64,000 nt of DNA from Patescibacteria group bacterium (GCA_038065515.1 JBBTQV010000016.1:5462-69461); one strand, 5' to 3'. Shown: positions 1 through 9,303, numbered from the stretch's first letter. Program-made: numbers and translations. Notes: generated by a model not told the origin, from the letters alone.

Positions 1-153
1 ATGCGCCTGTTCGTCGTAGGTGAGCGGACCCACAAGCGCAACGGCGGCGGCCACCAACGCGGTCACTGCAAGTGACTTCAAAAATATTTTTCGCGCCTTG
101 CCTTTACGGCCGCGCAACCACGCGAAAGATTTTGTAATCCATGGAAGTGTCAT
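1..153 (-). CDS. 5' part of a secreted or membrane-anchored protein (runs off the window start)
   Basis: Manual translation from ATG at 153: MTLPWITKSFAWLRGRKGKARKIFLKSLAVTALVAAVALVGPLTYDEQAH. Basic N-region followed by a hydrophobic helix; open to position 1. Confidence 0.5.
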   Translation of the reverse strand, partial: MTLPWITKSFAWLRGRKGKARKIFLKSLAVTALVAAAVALVGPLTYDEQAH

Positions 154-225
154 GCTTCTATATTGTACCAAAAAAAGAATATGCTACACTGTTTTCCGTC
201 GTTCATTCACAGAAAGGAAACCGAA

Positions 226-1086
226 ATGAAGCGGTTGCTCGTCGTTTTTGCCGTCCTCGCTTTGTTCGTCGTTATGCCCTCCCCCGTCATCGCGGAAGGA
301 CCGTCGGTGCAGGCATCGTTCAACATGCCACCGCACGACCCGTTCCGAGTACCCCTGAACATCGCGCCGCTGAACTGGGAACGCCACTACCGAATCCTCG
401 GGACTGGGACGCTTGATCGTCCGCTGTCCGGCACCAGTTCTGCGCAACCGACGGACTATACCGGCACTACCATGAGCGCCCAAGTCACGGTCATGGACGA
501 TGGCTTCCGGCTCGCGTTGGACTGGGAGCGCTCTCGGATTGCGTCCGTCCGCATCGACAGCGAGATGCTCTATCAACCAAAACTCGAGACGCTCGACTGC
601 ATCGCCCTGCCCTGTTCTCCGAAGTTGGTACAGCGCATCGATGACCGGACGGTCGCGGATCGCATTCATCACGATGCGTTCAGCCTCGGCATTTCATATG
701 ACCCGCTGAAGGACACCAAGAATTTCGTTCTGGCGCCCGGAATCGGGGTGCAGTTGTGGAGCGTGCGTGTCGTCGAAAACACCGAATACACCAAGGCGCG
801 GATGATATCTCCTGTCATCGGTTTCGGCCCCACGCGACTCGAGATTCTCCAGCACGATGTGAACCGCAACGAGACGACTCTGAACCGCTTCCTGCCGTTC
901 CTCTCGATTGACGGCCAGTGCTGGCCGTGGGGCAAACACCATAGTACAGGACTCGTCCTGCAGGCCCGCTACATCGCAGGTAGCGCATCGCAAGACCCCA
1001 CCGCGTCCTCGCTCACCGAGACATACGCGGTTCCCATCCGACAGAACCACTGGCAAGGCCGCGTCGGCCTCGCAGTCGCGTTCTAG
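226..1086 (+). CDS. Secreted hypothetical protein with a beta-barrel-like C-terminus
   Basis: ORF 163..1086. Likely start is ATG 226 after AAAGGA. Signal peptide MKRLLVVFAVLALFVVMPSPVIA; protein ends WQGRVGLAVAF. Confidence 0.75.
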   Translation: MKRLLVVFAVLALFVVMPSPVIAEGPSVQASFNMPPHDPFRVPLNIAPLNWERHYRILGTGTLDRPLSGTSSAQPTDYTGTTMSAQVTVMDDGFRLALDWERSRIASVRIDSEMLYQPKLETLDCIALPCSPKLVQRIDDRTVADRIHHDAFSLGISYDPLKDTKNFVLAPGIGVQLWSVRVVENTEYTKARMISPVIGFGPTRLEILQHDVNRNETTLNRFLPFLSIDGQCWPWGKHHSTGLVLQARYIAGSASQDPTASSLTETYAVPIRQNHWQGRVGLAVAF

Positions 1087-1092
1087 TAGTAA

Positions 1093-1122
1093 CGACCCCG
1101 CCCCGGCGGGGTCGACTTTTTT
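1093..1122 (+). terminator. Rho-independent terminator
   Basis: Inverted repeat CGACCCCGCC/GGCGGGGTCG followed by ACTTTTTT, just after the 1086 stop. Confidence 0.75.
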
Positions 1123-1810
1123 ACCGAGAAGAGTACCGGCGAATCCACGAACCCATGACGACCGCGATAACGACCAACAGGACACCCAGTGCGACCGCCG
1201 TAGTCCATTCCATATAATGATATGCGCGCCAGGATATCAGACCGTCCATACCCCACAGCATGAGCGCCGATGCGGTCAGCAATGATGCCGTCCATGCGCT
1301 ATGTCGGCGCATCGCAATGATCGCACAAACCAACAACAACGCCCCAGCCGCGGCGGCAATAATCAGCTGATCCAGCGGTGCAAGCGCATTATGCGCCACC
1401 AAACCGGAAGCATACGAACCGACGAAACCGAACAACGCAATCAGCGCCAACAACGATAGTGTTCTGCCGAACCAATGGTGCCGCTTCGGCGCGGAAATCT
1501 CGTGATCGGGACCAAGCGTACCGGAGGGCAGTTGCTCCTGCATCCCAAGCGCGCCGGTAGACGCAAGCGTCGCCTCGATGCTGTGTACCCGTGTCGCCAG
1601 ATGAGCGACCATCCCACGCACCTGCGCCAAATCTTCGTGAATCGACGCGCCGGGCGTTGCCGGATGCAAACCGGCGGCAACATCATGCAAAGCGTTGTTG
1701 ATGTCCGACTCGTGCCACCCCGCTTCCATCAGCGACACGCGCAAATTCTCGGCGGTAACGCCTTGTTGAGTCTGCTCCCGAATGTAGTCAACGAGTTCAG
1801 AATCCGCCAT
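1121..1810 (-). CDS. Membrane protein with an N-terminal small helical (L..YI...G.....I/L...L..AGW....I..A) domain and 4 TM helices
   Basis: ORF 1121..2098. The upstream part overlaps mutY, so the likely start is MADSELVDYIREQ (1810). Four hydrophobic C-terminal segments. Confidence 0.7.
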   Translation of the reverse strand: MADSELVDYIREQTQQGVTAENLRVSLMEAGWHESDINNALHDVAAGLHPATPGASIHEDLAQVRGMVAHLATRVHSIEATLASTGALGMQEQLPSGTLGPDHEISAPKRHHWFGRTLSLLALIALFGFVGSYASGLVAHNALAPLDQLIIAAAAGALLLVCAIIAMRRHSAWTASLLTASALMLWGMDGLISWRAYHYMEWTTAVALGVLLVVIAVVMGSWIRRYSSR

Positions 1811-1832
1811 GTACCTTTTTATTGTACCATTG

Positions 1833-2663
1833 TCAGCGCAAGGACCAATGCGGATTGTGCACACACCATGCATGCGCACAGCGAGCCACAAACCCTTCCC
1901 GTTCCAATTTTTCCATAACCACTTTGATTTCTTTGGGTGGCTTACCCGTCGCGGCGGCAATGGCCGAGGCGACCATCCGGGCTTGCGACACCAGAACGCG
2001 GACAACCGCACCACGCAATTGCCTCTGCGAGCCTTCAAACGCCGACTGTCGCGTGTAGTGCTTACTTCGGGTATTGGGATTTTCCGCCTGCGTCGCAAGC
2101 CACGAGCCGTAATCCATCAGCGCGCTGTACCAATCCCTAGGAGAACTGACGGATAGCGAATGGCGAATAACGATTGGGAGAATATCCGAATCGGGAACCT
2201 TTCGCCGTTTCGGAAAGAAGTGGTGGAGATAGACGCGTCGGATATTCGTTTCGATCACCGGCACCGGTCGGTCGAATGCAAACGCCAGCACTGCACCCGC
2301 CGTGTACGGCCCGATGCCGGGCAACGCTCTTAATGCTTCATAGTCGTCCGGCAATTTGCCTTTATATTCATCTGCCGCAACCTTTGCACACCGGAGCAAC
2401 ATCAACGCCCGGCGATTGTATCCCAAACCTTGCCACACCCTCAGCACGGAAGCCGGTGTCGCACGAGCCAAAGCGCGAAACGAAGGAAACGCGCGGAGAA
2501 ACGAACGATAAAAGTCGATAACGCGGATCACCTGCGTCTGTTGCAACATGACTTCGCTCACGAGAATGCGATACGGATCGGTCGTGCGTCGCCACGGCAA
2601 ATCATGCCGACCGTGCCGGTGCCAGTAGCGCATCACCATTGCTTTGAATGTTTTTTCTTCCAC
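1833..2663 (-). CDS. mutY: A/G-specific adenine glycosylase MutY (no Fe-S cysteine motif)
   Basis: Motifs RHDLPWRRT.DPY.ILVSEVMLQQTQV, WQGLGY, HhH LPGIGPYTAGA and ETNIRRV. Confidence 0.9.
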   Translation of the reverse strand: MEEKTFKAMVMRYWHRHGRHDLPWRRTTDPYRILVSEVMLQQTQVIRVIDFYRSFLRAFPSFRALARATPASVLRVWQGLGYNRRALMLLRCAKVAADEYKGKLPDDYEALRALPGIGPYTAGAVLAFAFDRPVPVIETNIRRVYLHHFFPKRRKVPDSDILPIVIRHSLSVSSPRDWYSALMDYGSWLATQAENPNTRSKHYTRQSAFEGSQRQLRGAVVRVLVSQARMVASAIAAATGKPPKEIKVVMEKLEREGFVARCAHAWCVHNPHWSLR

Positions 2664-2708
2664 TCGATGCAGTATAAAAGAGAACAGGGCTCTTGCGAGC
2701 CCCGCGAA

Positions 2709-3173
2709 TCACCGCCACCATGTGTCAGGGAGGTCCAGAATTGCAATGCGCAACTCCCGCCCCCGTTCGCGCTCCCATGAGGCACCGACCGAACCCTGCC
2801 AACCGGGCATGAAGTACATGACATGGATTAAGCGGGTACGGAACAACGGCAGGTAAAACTCATTCAGCAATTGCGCACCGCTGTCACCGCGCTTTGAGTG
2901 CTTTATTTCAAAAAGAGCGTTCTCGAACGGCAACTGGTTGAACACGACCAGTCTTCGGCACCGTAGGTACTCGATGGCGCACCAGAAGTGTGCTAGGTTT
3001 GCTTCAGTGCTCCCCAGCCCGCCCGATGTGATGGGCCCGCACACGATACCCACTGGAGGCGGCATACGCGCCGCAATGCGACAGGCAACCACAGAAAGCT
3101 CCCCAAACTCCGTCGCTTTCTCGACATCTGCGCAGTCTTCTTCCGTCCAGTACGGCTCGAGTGGTTCGCTCAT
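2709..3173 (-). CDS. DUF4406-like (nucleoside deoxyribosyltransferase-like fold) protein
   Basis: CGPITSGG ... MPGWQGSVGASWE pattern resembles DUF4406. SD-like GGAG upstream. Confidence 0.6.
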   Translation of the reverse strand: MSEPLEPYWTEEDCADVEKATEFGELSVVACRIAARMPPPVGIVCGPITSGGLGSTEANLAHFWCAIEYLRCRRLVVFNQLPFENALFEIKHSKRGDSGAQLLNEFYLPLFRTRLIHVMYFMPGWQGSVGASWERERGRELRIAILDLPDTWWR

Positions 3174-3285
3174 AAGCTCCCCCTTCCTTCAATGAACAAC
3201 CCACGCAAGAGCGTATCACTACTTCCGCGAAGCGGAAAGTAGGCACGCCCCTTGCATCGGAGCCTCGTTGTTTTACAATCGATGT

Positions 3286-3723
3286 ATGAGCGAATCTTTT
3301 TTGCGCGAAAGCTGGCAGCGCGTAGCCGAGCAAGAGCAGGAAGTTACCCCTGAAATGCGTGATTTGGAGCTCTATTTTGACATCCGCGAGCGGAGCGATG
3401 GAAATGAAAAAATAAAAGCAATCATGGATCGCCTCGACCACGATATCGCACAGTACACGGAGGCTCTTTTTCGTAGTGAGCGTGAATGGGTTCGTCGGGA
3501 ACGCGGAAGTGGCGACAACAGCTCCATTGAGGCTTCCGACCGAAACCGTCGAATACTCCACGATTCGCTCATAGATACACTCAATCAACTCTCACGCGCA
3601 TACCGAACGGCGGGACTTGACAACAAATGGCGAAATATGCTAGGATTAGACCGTGACCGCTTAGCACTTTGGGCTATGACGATTGCGCGCCAAGTCATGC
3701 GCACGGAGGAACCACTATCATGA
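3286..3723 (+). CDS. Hypothetical helical protein
   Basis: ORF 3268..3723 (ATG at 3286). Stop overlaps the next start as ATGA. Confidence 0.65.
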   Translation: MSESFLRESWQRVAEQEQEVTPEMRDLELYFDIRERSDGNEKIKAIMDRLDHDIAQYTEALFRSEREWVRRERGSGDNSSIEASDRNRRILHDSLIDTLNQLSRAYRTAGLDNKWRNMLGLDRDRLALWAMTIARQVMRTEEPLS

Positions 3724-4001
3724 CCACGCAGGAGTTACGAGATCTGTGCCTTACCGACAGTCGCCTCAAGCCATCCTGGCTGAACTTATGGGATGCCATG
3801 CTGGCGGTTGCCGAGGTTCGCACTCGGGTCGCGTTCGCCAAACATGCAAAAAAGCTTCCCGAGCCCATCGATGAGTCGGAACTCGTGCGGTTGATGAAGC
3901 GCTTCCATTCACAGCGCAGCACCTTCATCGACGCCGCGCGACAAAACAACATCTCCACAAAGCCGCCGACACTGGACGAGCTCATTGAGATTGCTACCTG
4001 A
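3720..4001 (+). CDS. Hypothetical protein
   Basis: ORF 3669..4001. ATG at 3720 is coupled to the upstream stop. Confidence 0.6.
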   Translation: MTTQELRDLCLTDSRLKPSWLNLWDAMLAVAEVRTRVAFAKHAKKLPEPIDESELVRLMKRFHSQRSTFIDAARQNNISTKPPTLDELIEIAT

Positions 4002-4013
4002 TTCACCCCGAGA

Positions 4014-4607
4014 TCACTCTCGGGGTTTCGTTTTCTGTACAAAGAATCTCGCAAGCGGTTCGTCGGAGTGGTTCTTCTTCCTTGCGGGTGAGTACATCCG
4101 ACCGTACTCAATGATGCGATAGGTCAGTGCGGGCCATTCTTTTTTTGGGAACAGTTTCATCAAATCGCGCTCGACTTCCGTGGCGTTTTTCCCGGTGCTT
4201 AAGCCCCATTGCCGCGCAAACCGGAGTACATGGGTGTCCACGGCTATTCCCTCCACCACGCCGTACACCGTACCCAGGACGACATTGGCGGTCTTGCGGG
4301 CCACGCCGGGTAGCGTGAGCATTTCCCTCATCGTCCGCGGCAGTTTGCCGCCGAATTTTGTTTTGAGCATCTTGGCAGCAGCCAGAATATTTTTGGTTTT
4401 GTTGCGATAAAATCCGGTCTGATAAATATCGCGCTCAAATACGCGTGGTTTTGCTCTGACATAGTCGTCGAGCGCCCGGTATTTCCTGAACAGCGCCTTC
4501 GTGACCTCATTAACCTTCTTGTCTGTGCACTGTGCCGACAGTTGCACCGCGACCATGCACTCCCACGGGGTACGATACTGCAGCGCCATCTTCGCGCGCG
4601 GAAACAA
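4014..4607 (-). CDS. nth: Endonuclease III (Nth), Fe-S cysteines absent
   Basis: Motifs LSAQCTDKKVN, GFYRNK, LPGVARKTANVVL and AVDTHV. The frame stays open ~20 codons upstream without an ATG, so the true start is uncertain. Confidence 0.9.
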   Translation of the reverse strand: MFPRAKMALQYRTPWECMVAVQLSAQCTDKKVNEVTKALFRKYRALDDYVRAKPRVFERDIYQTGFYRNKTKNILAAAKMLKTKFGGKLPRTMREMLTLPGVARKTANVVLGTVYGVVEGIAVDTHVLRFARQWGLSTGKNATEVERDLMKLFPKKEWPALTYRIIEYGRMYSPARKKNHSDEPLARFFVQKTKPRE

Positions 4608-4697
4608 CCGCTTCAGTATGCGCAGTATTTCCGCCGCCCGCCAGCTATTGTCTTTATGCGTCGTATGTGTTATACTTTGTATAGGAGGTTAGTTAGT

Positions 4698-5003
4698 ATG
4701 CCAAACTTAGACAATCTGCGCGACCACAGGCTATACTGCAATCCGAGCTGCAAAGGTCCTGTTCCCGCCACCGAAGCAAAGCGAAGCGGTGTCGCCGACC
4801 GTGAGAGAACCCGCAAGATCGTTCACGGAGCTGTCGAAGTGTTTCTGTCAGCAGTGCTCGACACTCCGGGTGACAAGCCCCTGGATGTGGAGCGACTCTG
4901 GGCCGAGGCCAAGCCCGTCGTCATCGAAGCCGCCCGCGAATATCGCGCCCGCGCCCGACAGCGATTCGCCGAAGACGCGGTGGCCACCGAGTCTCTTGGT
5001 TAG
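4698..5003 (+). CDS. Hypothetical protein
   Basis: ATG 4698 preceded by AGGAGG and a TATACT -10 box; followed by the hairpin CCCGCC-AC-GGCGGG plus a T-run. Confidence 0.6.
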   Translation: MPNLDNLRDHRLYCNPSCKGPVPATEAKRSGVADRERTRKIVHGAVEVFLSAVLDTPGDKPLDVERLWAEAKPVVIEAAREYRARARQRFAEDAVATESLG

Positions 5004-5051
5004 CCCGCACTCTGTCACCCCGAAGTCCCGCCACGGCGGGGCTTCTCTTTT

Positions 5052-5342
5052 TTACATGTTCTGACCGCGGTCCATATTCTCAACTGGTTCGGGTGTCACA
5101 TCCTTCGGCTCCTGGTCACGCGCCACAGTGTCTTGTGCAGGGTCAATGGGCATAAGAACAACACCGACAATATACGCGAGAACCATCGGCCACCAACCGG
5201 AAAAGAACGCCACCGCGGCCATCAGTAACCGTATAAATATGACATCGACCTGCAGGTAATGCGCCAGCCCCGACCCGACCCCGAATACCAGGCCGTCTTT
5301 CGGAGAGCGGTACAATTTTTTGTTTTTCAGATGCTCAAACAT
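5052..5342 (-). CDS. pspC: PspC domain membrane protein
   Basis: KKLYRS..DGLVFGVGSGLAHYL.VD...IRL is the PspC signature. Confidence 0.85.
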   Translation of the reverse strand: MFEHLKNKKLYRSPKDGLVFGVGSGLAHYLQVDVIFIRLLMAAVAFFSGWWPMVLAYIVGVVLMPIDPAQDTVARDQEPKDVTPEPVENMDRGQNM

Positions 5343-5352
5343 AATGGCGTTG

Positions 5353-5568
5353 TTATGATTCCGGCTCTTCCAAATCTCGTTTGAGCTCCTCGAATTCGTT
5401 TTCCACCTCTTTCAGACGCCCGCGGAGGTCTTTGATGAGTCCAGCGCCTTCGCGAACCCTTTTCAGGCCCTCCTCGACCTGCACCTCGGACTGCTCGTCA
5501 AACCATTCGATAATTTTCTCAAGTTTGCCCAGCGACTGCGAAATCGTTTCTTTATCTTCTTTTTTCAT
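5353..5568 (-). CDS. xseB: Exodeoxyribonuclease VII small subunit
   Basis: 71 aa, L..LE.I...F......VEEGL....EG..L pattern; downstream of xseA. Confidence 0.85.
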   Translation of the reverse strand: MKKEDKETISQSLGKLEKIIEWFDEQSEVQVEEGLKRVREGAGLIKDLRGRLKEVENEFEELKRDLEEPES

Positions 5569-5727
5569 AGATCTACTGTTTAATAATTTTCATAACGAAA
5601 TGCTAAGATTCTGAGCGAGGCGAAGTAAGAATTCTGAAGCATATCGGTTGATATGTCGAAGAATTATTATGAAGCCGTAGCCAGAATATGAGCATTGGAG
5701 TTGAAAGGTTATTGAACAGTAGGTCTA
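5568..5727. mobile_element. ~160-bp palindromic MITE-like element between xseA and xseB
   Basis: Terminal inverted repeats TAGATCTACTGTTTAATAATTTTCA / TGAAAGGTTATTGAACAGTAGGTCTA, nested stems AATGCT..ATTCTG / CAGAAT..AGCATT and CATATC-GGTT-GATATG, TA at both ends, AT-rich. Confidence 0.7.
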
Positions 5728-6942
5728 TTGTTCAGATTGTAATTCTTTTACTTCGCTTGCGAAAGCCCCCTTTGCCAGACGGGTGTTAACGACCTGTCCG
5801 TGCCGCAACTGACTTGCCGAGCGGATGACCGCGCCTGCATCATCGGTCACGATGCTGTACCCGAGCCGGAGTTGTCGCTCCGGGCTCACCGCGACCAGCT
5901 GACGCTCTGCGGCATCAATTGTTTGCTGTATCTGTCCGATGACCTGTCCCACCCGTTGCATTGCAAGTGCGATGCGCTGTTGCAACCGCTGGCCCGCTCC
6001 CAAAATACGCTGCACAAATCCGTCCAACCGGTGCCACGCACCGTCGAGTCTGCCTTGTTCGGTATCGATAGCCCGCTCCATCGCATACAATAGCGTGTCC
6101 GCCTGACCCGAAATGTTACGAAGCCGATCCCACGATGCGTTGATGAGTATCGCGGTTGCTGTTGGCGTGCTGGCACTCGCATCGGCCGCCATCTGCGCCA
6201 GCGGCACATCGCGGTCATGACCGATGGAAATAATGGTAGGGACACGGGAAGCAAACACCGCCCGCACCACCAGCTCGTTGTTGAATGCCTGCAAATCTTC
6301 CATCGAGCCTCCCCCGCGAATAACCACCAGCACATCGATAGATTGCTTCCTGCGATTGAACGACCCGATTGCGGAGACAACTTGGTTCACTGCGGCCGCG
6401 CCTTCAACGCGCACATCACGGTGGTACACTTTCATGCCCAGCGCTGCCAGATTGCGCCGAAAATCGTCGATGACCGCACCGGTCTTACTGGTAATCAATC
6501 CGACCCGCGCAATGAATTCAGACAGCGCCCGTTTTCGTGCAAACAGCCCTTCTTCTTCAAGCTTTTTCTTCAGTGCTTCGTATGCCTTTTTCAGCGAGCC
6601 CTCCCCCACGGGTTCGAGTGTTTCCACCTTGAATGAGAATCTTCCTTTTGGTTTATAAATGGACGGAATACCACCGACTTTTACCTGCATACCGTCTTCG
6701 ATAACAATGCCCAGCCCCCGGTATGCATACGGACTCATATAGCAATCCATCACCCCGCCCGCTTCCGCATCTTTGAGCGAAAAATACATGCCGGTCGGAT
6801 GCGGCCGTGCACCGATGACCTCGCCTTGTACAAAAAAATCATGCGCTCCGAGAATCTCATTGATGAAATCCAAAAACTCGCCCACCGAGAATACGGCTGG
6901 CGGCATATTGGGACGGTTACCGAATAGTGGTTCTTGAGTCAT
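5725..6942 (-). CDS. xseA: Exodeoxyribonuclease VII large subunit
   Basis: Motifs YFSLKD, GAVIDDF, IRGGGS.EDL..FN.E, IGHDRD, STPTA and LGYSIV. Start is probably MTQEPLF (6942). Confidence 0.92.
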   Translation of the reverse strand: MTQEPLFGNRPNMPPAVFSVGEFLDFINEILGAHDFFVQGEVIGARPHPTGMYFSLKDAEAGGVMDCYMSPYAYRGLGIVIEDGMQVKVGGIPSIYKPKGRFSFKVETLEPVGEGSLKKAYEALKKKLEEEGLFARKRALSEFIARVGLITSKTGAVIDDFRRNLAALGMKVYHRDVRVEGAAAVNQVVSAIGSFNRRKQSIDVLVVIRGGGSMEDLQAFNNELVVRAVFASRVPTIISIGHDRDVPLAQMAADASASTPTATAILINASWDRLRNISGQADTLLYAMERAIDTEQGRLDGAWHRLDGFVQRILGAGQRLQQRIALAMQRVGQVIGQIQQTIDAAERQLVAVSPERQLRLGYSIVTDDAGAVIRSASQLRHGQVVNTRLAKGAFASEVKELQSEQ

Positions 6943-7921
6943 GAATGGCCACTTGATACTGGTTCGAAATATCCACAGGAATTTGGGAAACATCGGCGAT
7001 GCGGCCGCCCGTAACGGTCACCACCAACAACAACCCTTTGCGTGTCTCTTCCGAAAAGTTCTGGTCAAAAACGAAATTACCCAACGAATACGCTATCCAT
7101 TTCCCTCCGTAGCGCTCTACATCTTGTACCACATGCGGATGCGTGCCGACAACAAGATCGGCTCCCGCATCGATAATCGCGTGGTACATCCGCCCTTGCA
7201 CAGCATTATGCAGTAATTCATATTCCGTGCCCGAGTGAACGGAAACCACCACGACATCCGCCATCGTACGCGCCCGAGCTACATCTTCTTTCATCCGCTG
7301 TTCATCCCAGATGTTAGCGCCGGAATGACTGGCGAGAGCTCCGGCGGAAGCGGGCAGCAGATCGGTATACGCGAGATACGCAATGCGCGCCCCTCGCACG
7401 GTGCGCACGACCGGCAAGCGCGCCTCTGCGGCATTTCTGCCTCCGCCGACCGCGCTGATGTCATTGACGGCTAGGTAACCGAGCGTATCGGTGAACGCCT
7501 GTGGTCCGAAGTCCCAGATGTGATTATTTGCCACCGACAACACATCGAAACCGGCATTCACCAGCCCAACAACGGCCTTCGGGTCGGCACGGAAGCAAAA
7601 ACCGCAACCGTTTTTTGCGCCACGGGTCGAAACGGTAGTCTCGAGATTTGCAAACGCGAGATCGGCAGATGCGGTCACTGAAGCGATGCGGGAGAACGGC
7701 CAGAGCCAGTCGCGCTTGGCGTTCATACTGTCACCCACCGAACGCGACAGCATGATGTCGCCTGCAAACAGGAGCATCACCGGTTGCGCGTCGCGGACAA
7801 TCGGCATCGGCGTGGTGCCCGCAACAATCCGCACAGTGCGCGTGCCGAGAGGATACAAAACGACGGCCCATGCGGAGGCCGCCAACAGCAGGACGATCAC
7901 AATTACTTGCCAGTGCTTCAT
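6917..7921 (-). CDS. CapA/PGA_cap family metallophosphoesterase
   Basis: Motifs AGDIML.R, NLET, SVANNHIWDFG, HSGTEY, GTHPHV and YSLGNFVFDQ; N-terminal TM helix. Confidence 0.88.
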   Translation of the reverse strand: MKHWQVIVIVLLLAASAWAVVLYPLGTRTVRIVAGTTPMPIVRDAQPVMLLFAGDIMLSRSVGDSMNAKRDWLWPFSRIASVTASADLAFANLETTVSTRGAKNGCGFCFRADPKAVVGLVNAGFDVLSVANNHIWDFGPQAFTDTLGYLAVNDISAVGGGRNAAEARLPVVRTVRGARIAYLAYTDLLPASAGALASHSGANIWDEQRMKEDVARARTMADVVVVSVHSGTEYELLHNAVQGRMYHAIIDAGADLVVGTHPHVVQDVERYGGKWIAYSLGNFVFDQNFSEETRKGLLLVVTVTGGRIADVSQIPVDISNQYQVAIHDSRTTIR

Positions 7922-7928
7922 CCTTGCA

Positions 7929-8234
7929 TCAATAATACGAGAGTAACAGATACCCGATAAAGCCGATTGCGAATGATACTGCGGCAACCGCAATCAGATG
8001 CGGATCATAACTGCGCGGCGCAATGCGTTCTGCCACTGAAGGGCGGGGTGCCACAGGCACAGGTTCGCAGATTACGGTCTCTTTCGGGGTAGTAATTTTG
8101 CGATACAACTCCATTGCATCCTGAATGTCCACCTTATACCATCCCGCCTTGTGCAAGCGCTCAATAATATCGGCGTCGCTTGCGTCACATCCTTTCGCCT
8201 TGCGAATAAACTCCAAAAGCGCGTGATAAGTCAT
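7929..8234 (-). CDS. Small membrane protein with the same AGW helical domain as 1121..1810
   Basis: LLEFIRKA...SDADIIERLHKAGWYKVDIQDAM plus a C-terminal TM helix. Confidence 0.7.
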   Translation of the reverse strand: MTYHALLEFIRKAKGCDASDADIIERLHKAGWYKVDIQDAMELYRKITTPKETVICEPVPVAPRPSVAERIAPRSYDPHLIAVAAVSFAIGFIGYLLLSYY

Positions 8235-8268
8235 ACATCTATCATATCACAGCAAACGCGTATATGAT

Positions 8269-8991
8269 GTGCACATGCGCATCCAGAAATATATGTCCGA
8301 GCAAAGCATGGCATCCCGGCGTGAAGCCGAACGGCTTATCAAGCGAGGCCTGGTCTCGGTCAACGGCACGGTCGTGCGCGAAATGGGTGTACAAATCGAC
8401 CCCGCCAAAGATACGGTGGAAGTTCTTCCGTTCGCGAAGAAAGAAATGACCGCCAAACAAACCATTGCTCTCTACAAACCCCGCGGCATCGCGTCATCGC
8501 GAGTCCGTGCCGAGGGCACATCGGTGTACGATCTCTTCCCGAAATTTTCCGGCCTCGATATCGTCGGGCGGCTGGATAAAGCAAGTGAGGGCCTTCTGAT
8601 GCTGTCCGACGACGGCGTGATCGCCAAAGCCGTGACCGGTGCGGCGCATGTGGTGGAAAAAGAATACGAGGTTGCGGTGCGCGAAGAGGTCAATGCCGGT
8701 CGTTTGAAGATGTTAGAACCGGGCATTGAACTCGAAGACGGCATGACACTGCCGGCGAAAACGCACTTCATCAACAAGCATCTCTTCCGGATTGTCTTAC
8801 GCGAGGGGCGCAAGCATCAGATTCGGCGGATGTGTGAGTTCCTGCACCTCACCGTTGTGTACCTCAAGCGTCTCCGTATCGGTCCGGTCGTGTTGAGCGG
8901 TCTGAAGCCGGGCGAATACCGCCTGCTTACTCCGCAGGAGATAGCGCTGTTGAAACGGTCAGTTTCTAATTCGCCAAAACCCCGATCTTAA
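8269..8991 (+). CDS. RsuA/RluB/RluF-family rRNA pseudouridine synthase
   Basis: S4 domain (RIQKYMS....ASRREAE), catalytic VGRLD, and EGRKHQIRRM. Confidence 0.9.
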   Translation: MHMRIQKYMSEQSMASRREAERLIKRGLVSVNGTVVREMGVQIDPAKDTVEVLPFAKKEMTAKQTIALYKPRGIASSRVRAEGTSVYDLFPKFSGLDIVGRLDKASEGLLMLSDDGVIAKAVTGAAHVVEKEYEVAVREEVNAGRLKMLEPGIELEDGMTLPAKTHFINKHLFRIVLREGRKHQIRRMCEFLHLTVVYLKRLRIGPVVLSGLKPGEYRLLTPQEIALLKRSVSNSPKPRS

Positions 8992-9303
8992 ATCCTGCAA
9001 GTTCGTTTGCAGGTTTTCGCGCACCACCGTGCTGACCGTTGTATAAAGCCGATCCATCAATCCCGCACAGCATCTCAATGGTACCCGCGCCTCCGGAGTG
9101 CGCATTGAAGAATGAGGTAACATCATACACTGCACCGTTGATAGCGGTCCAGCAGCTGGAGCGGGAGTTGTGTGCGGCAACCTGCGCCATTGTGTAATTT
9201 CCCGCAGGCAACGGTGTGGGAGTTTTTGAGACGACACCGCTTGGTGTCGGAGTAGAGGTCGGCACACCAACACCGCTCGGCGTTGGTGTCAGTCCGGTCG
9301 GCG
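8966..9303 (-). pseudogene. 5'-truncated cytochrome b5-like heme-binding domain gene starting at the tRNA-Gln CCA end
   Basis: A Thr/Pro linker, then YTMAQVAAHNSRSSCW.AING.VYDVT.F...HSGG (Cyt-b5 fold). No signal peptide or start codon lies between the tRNA and the linker. A 74-aa product from ATG 9190 is possible. Confidence 0.6.
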
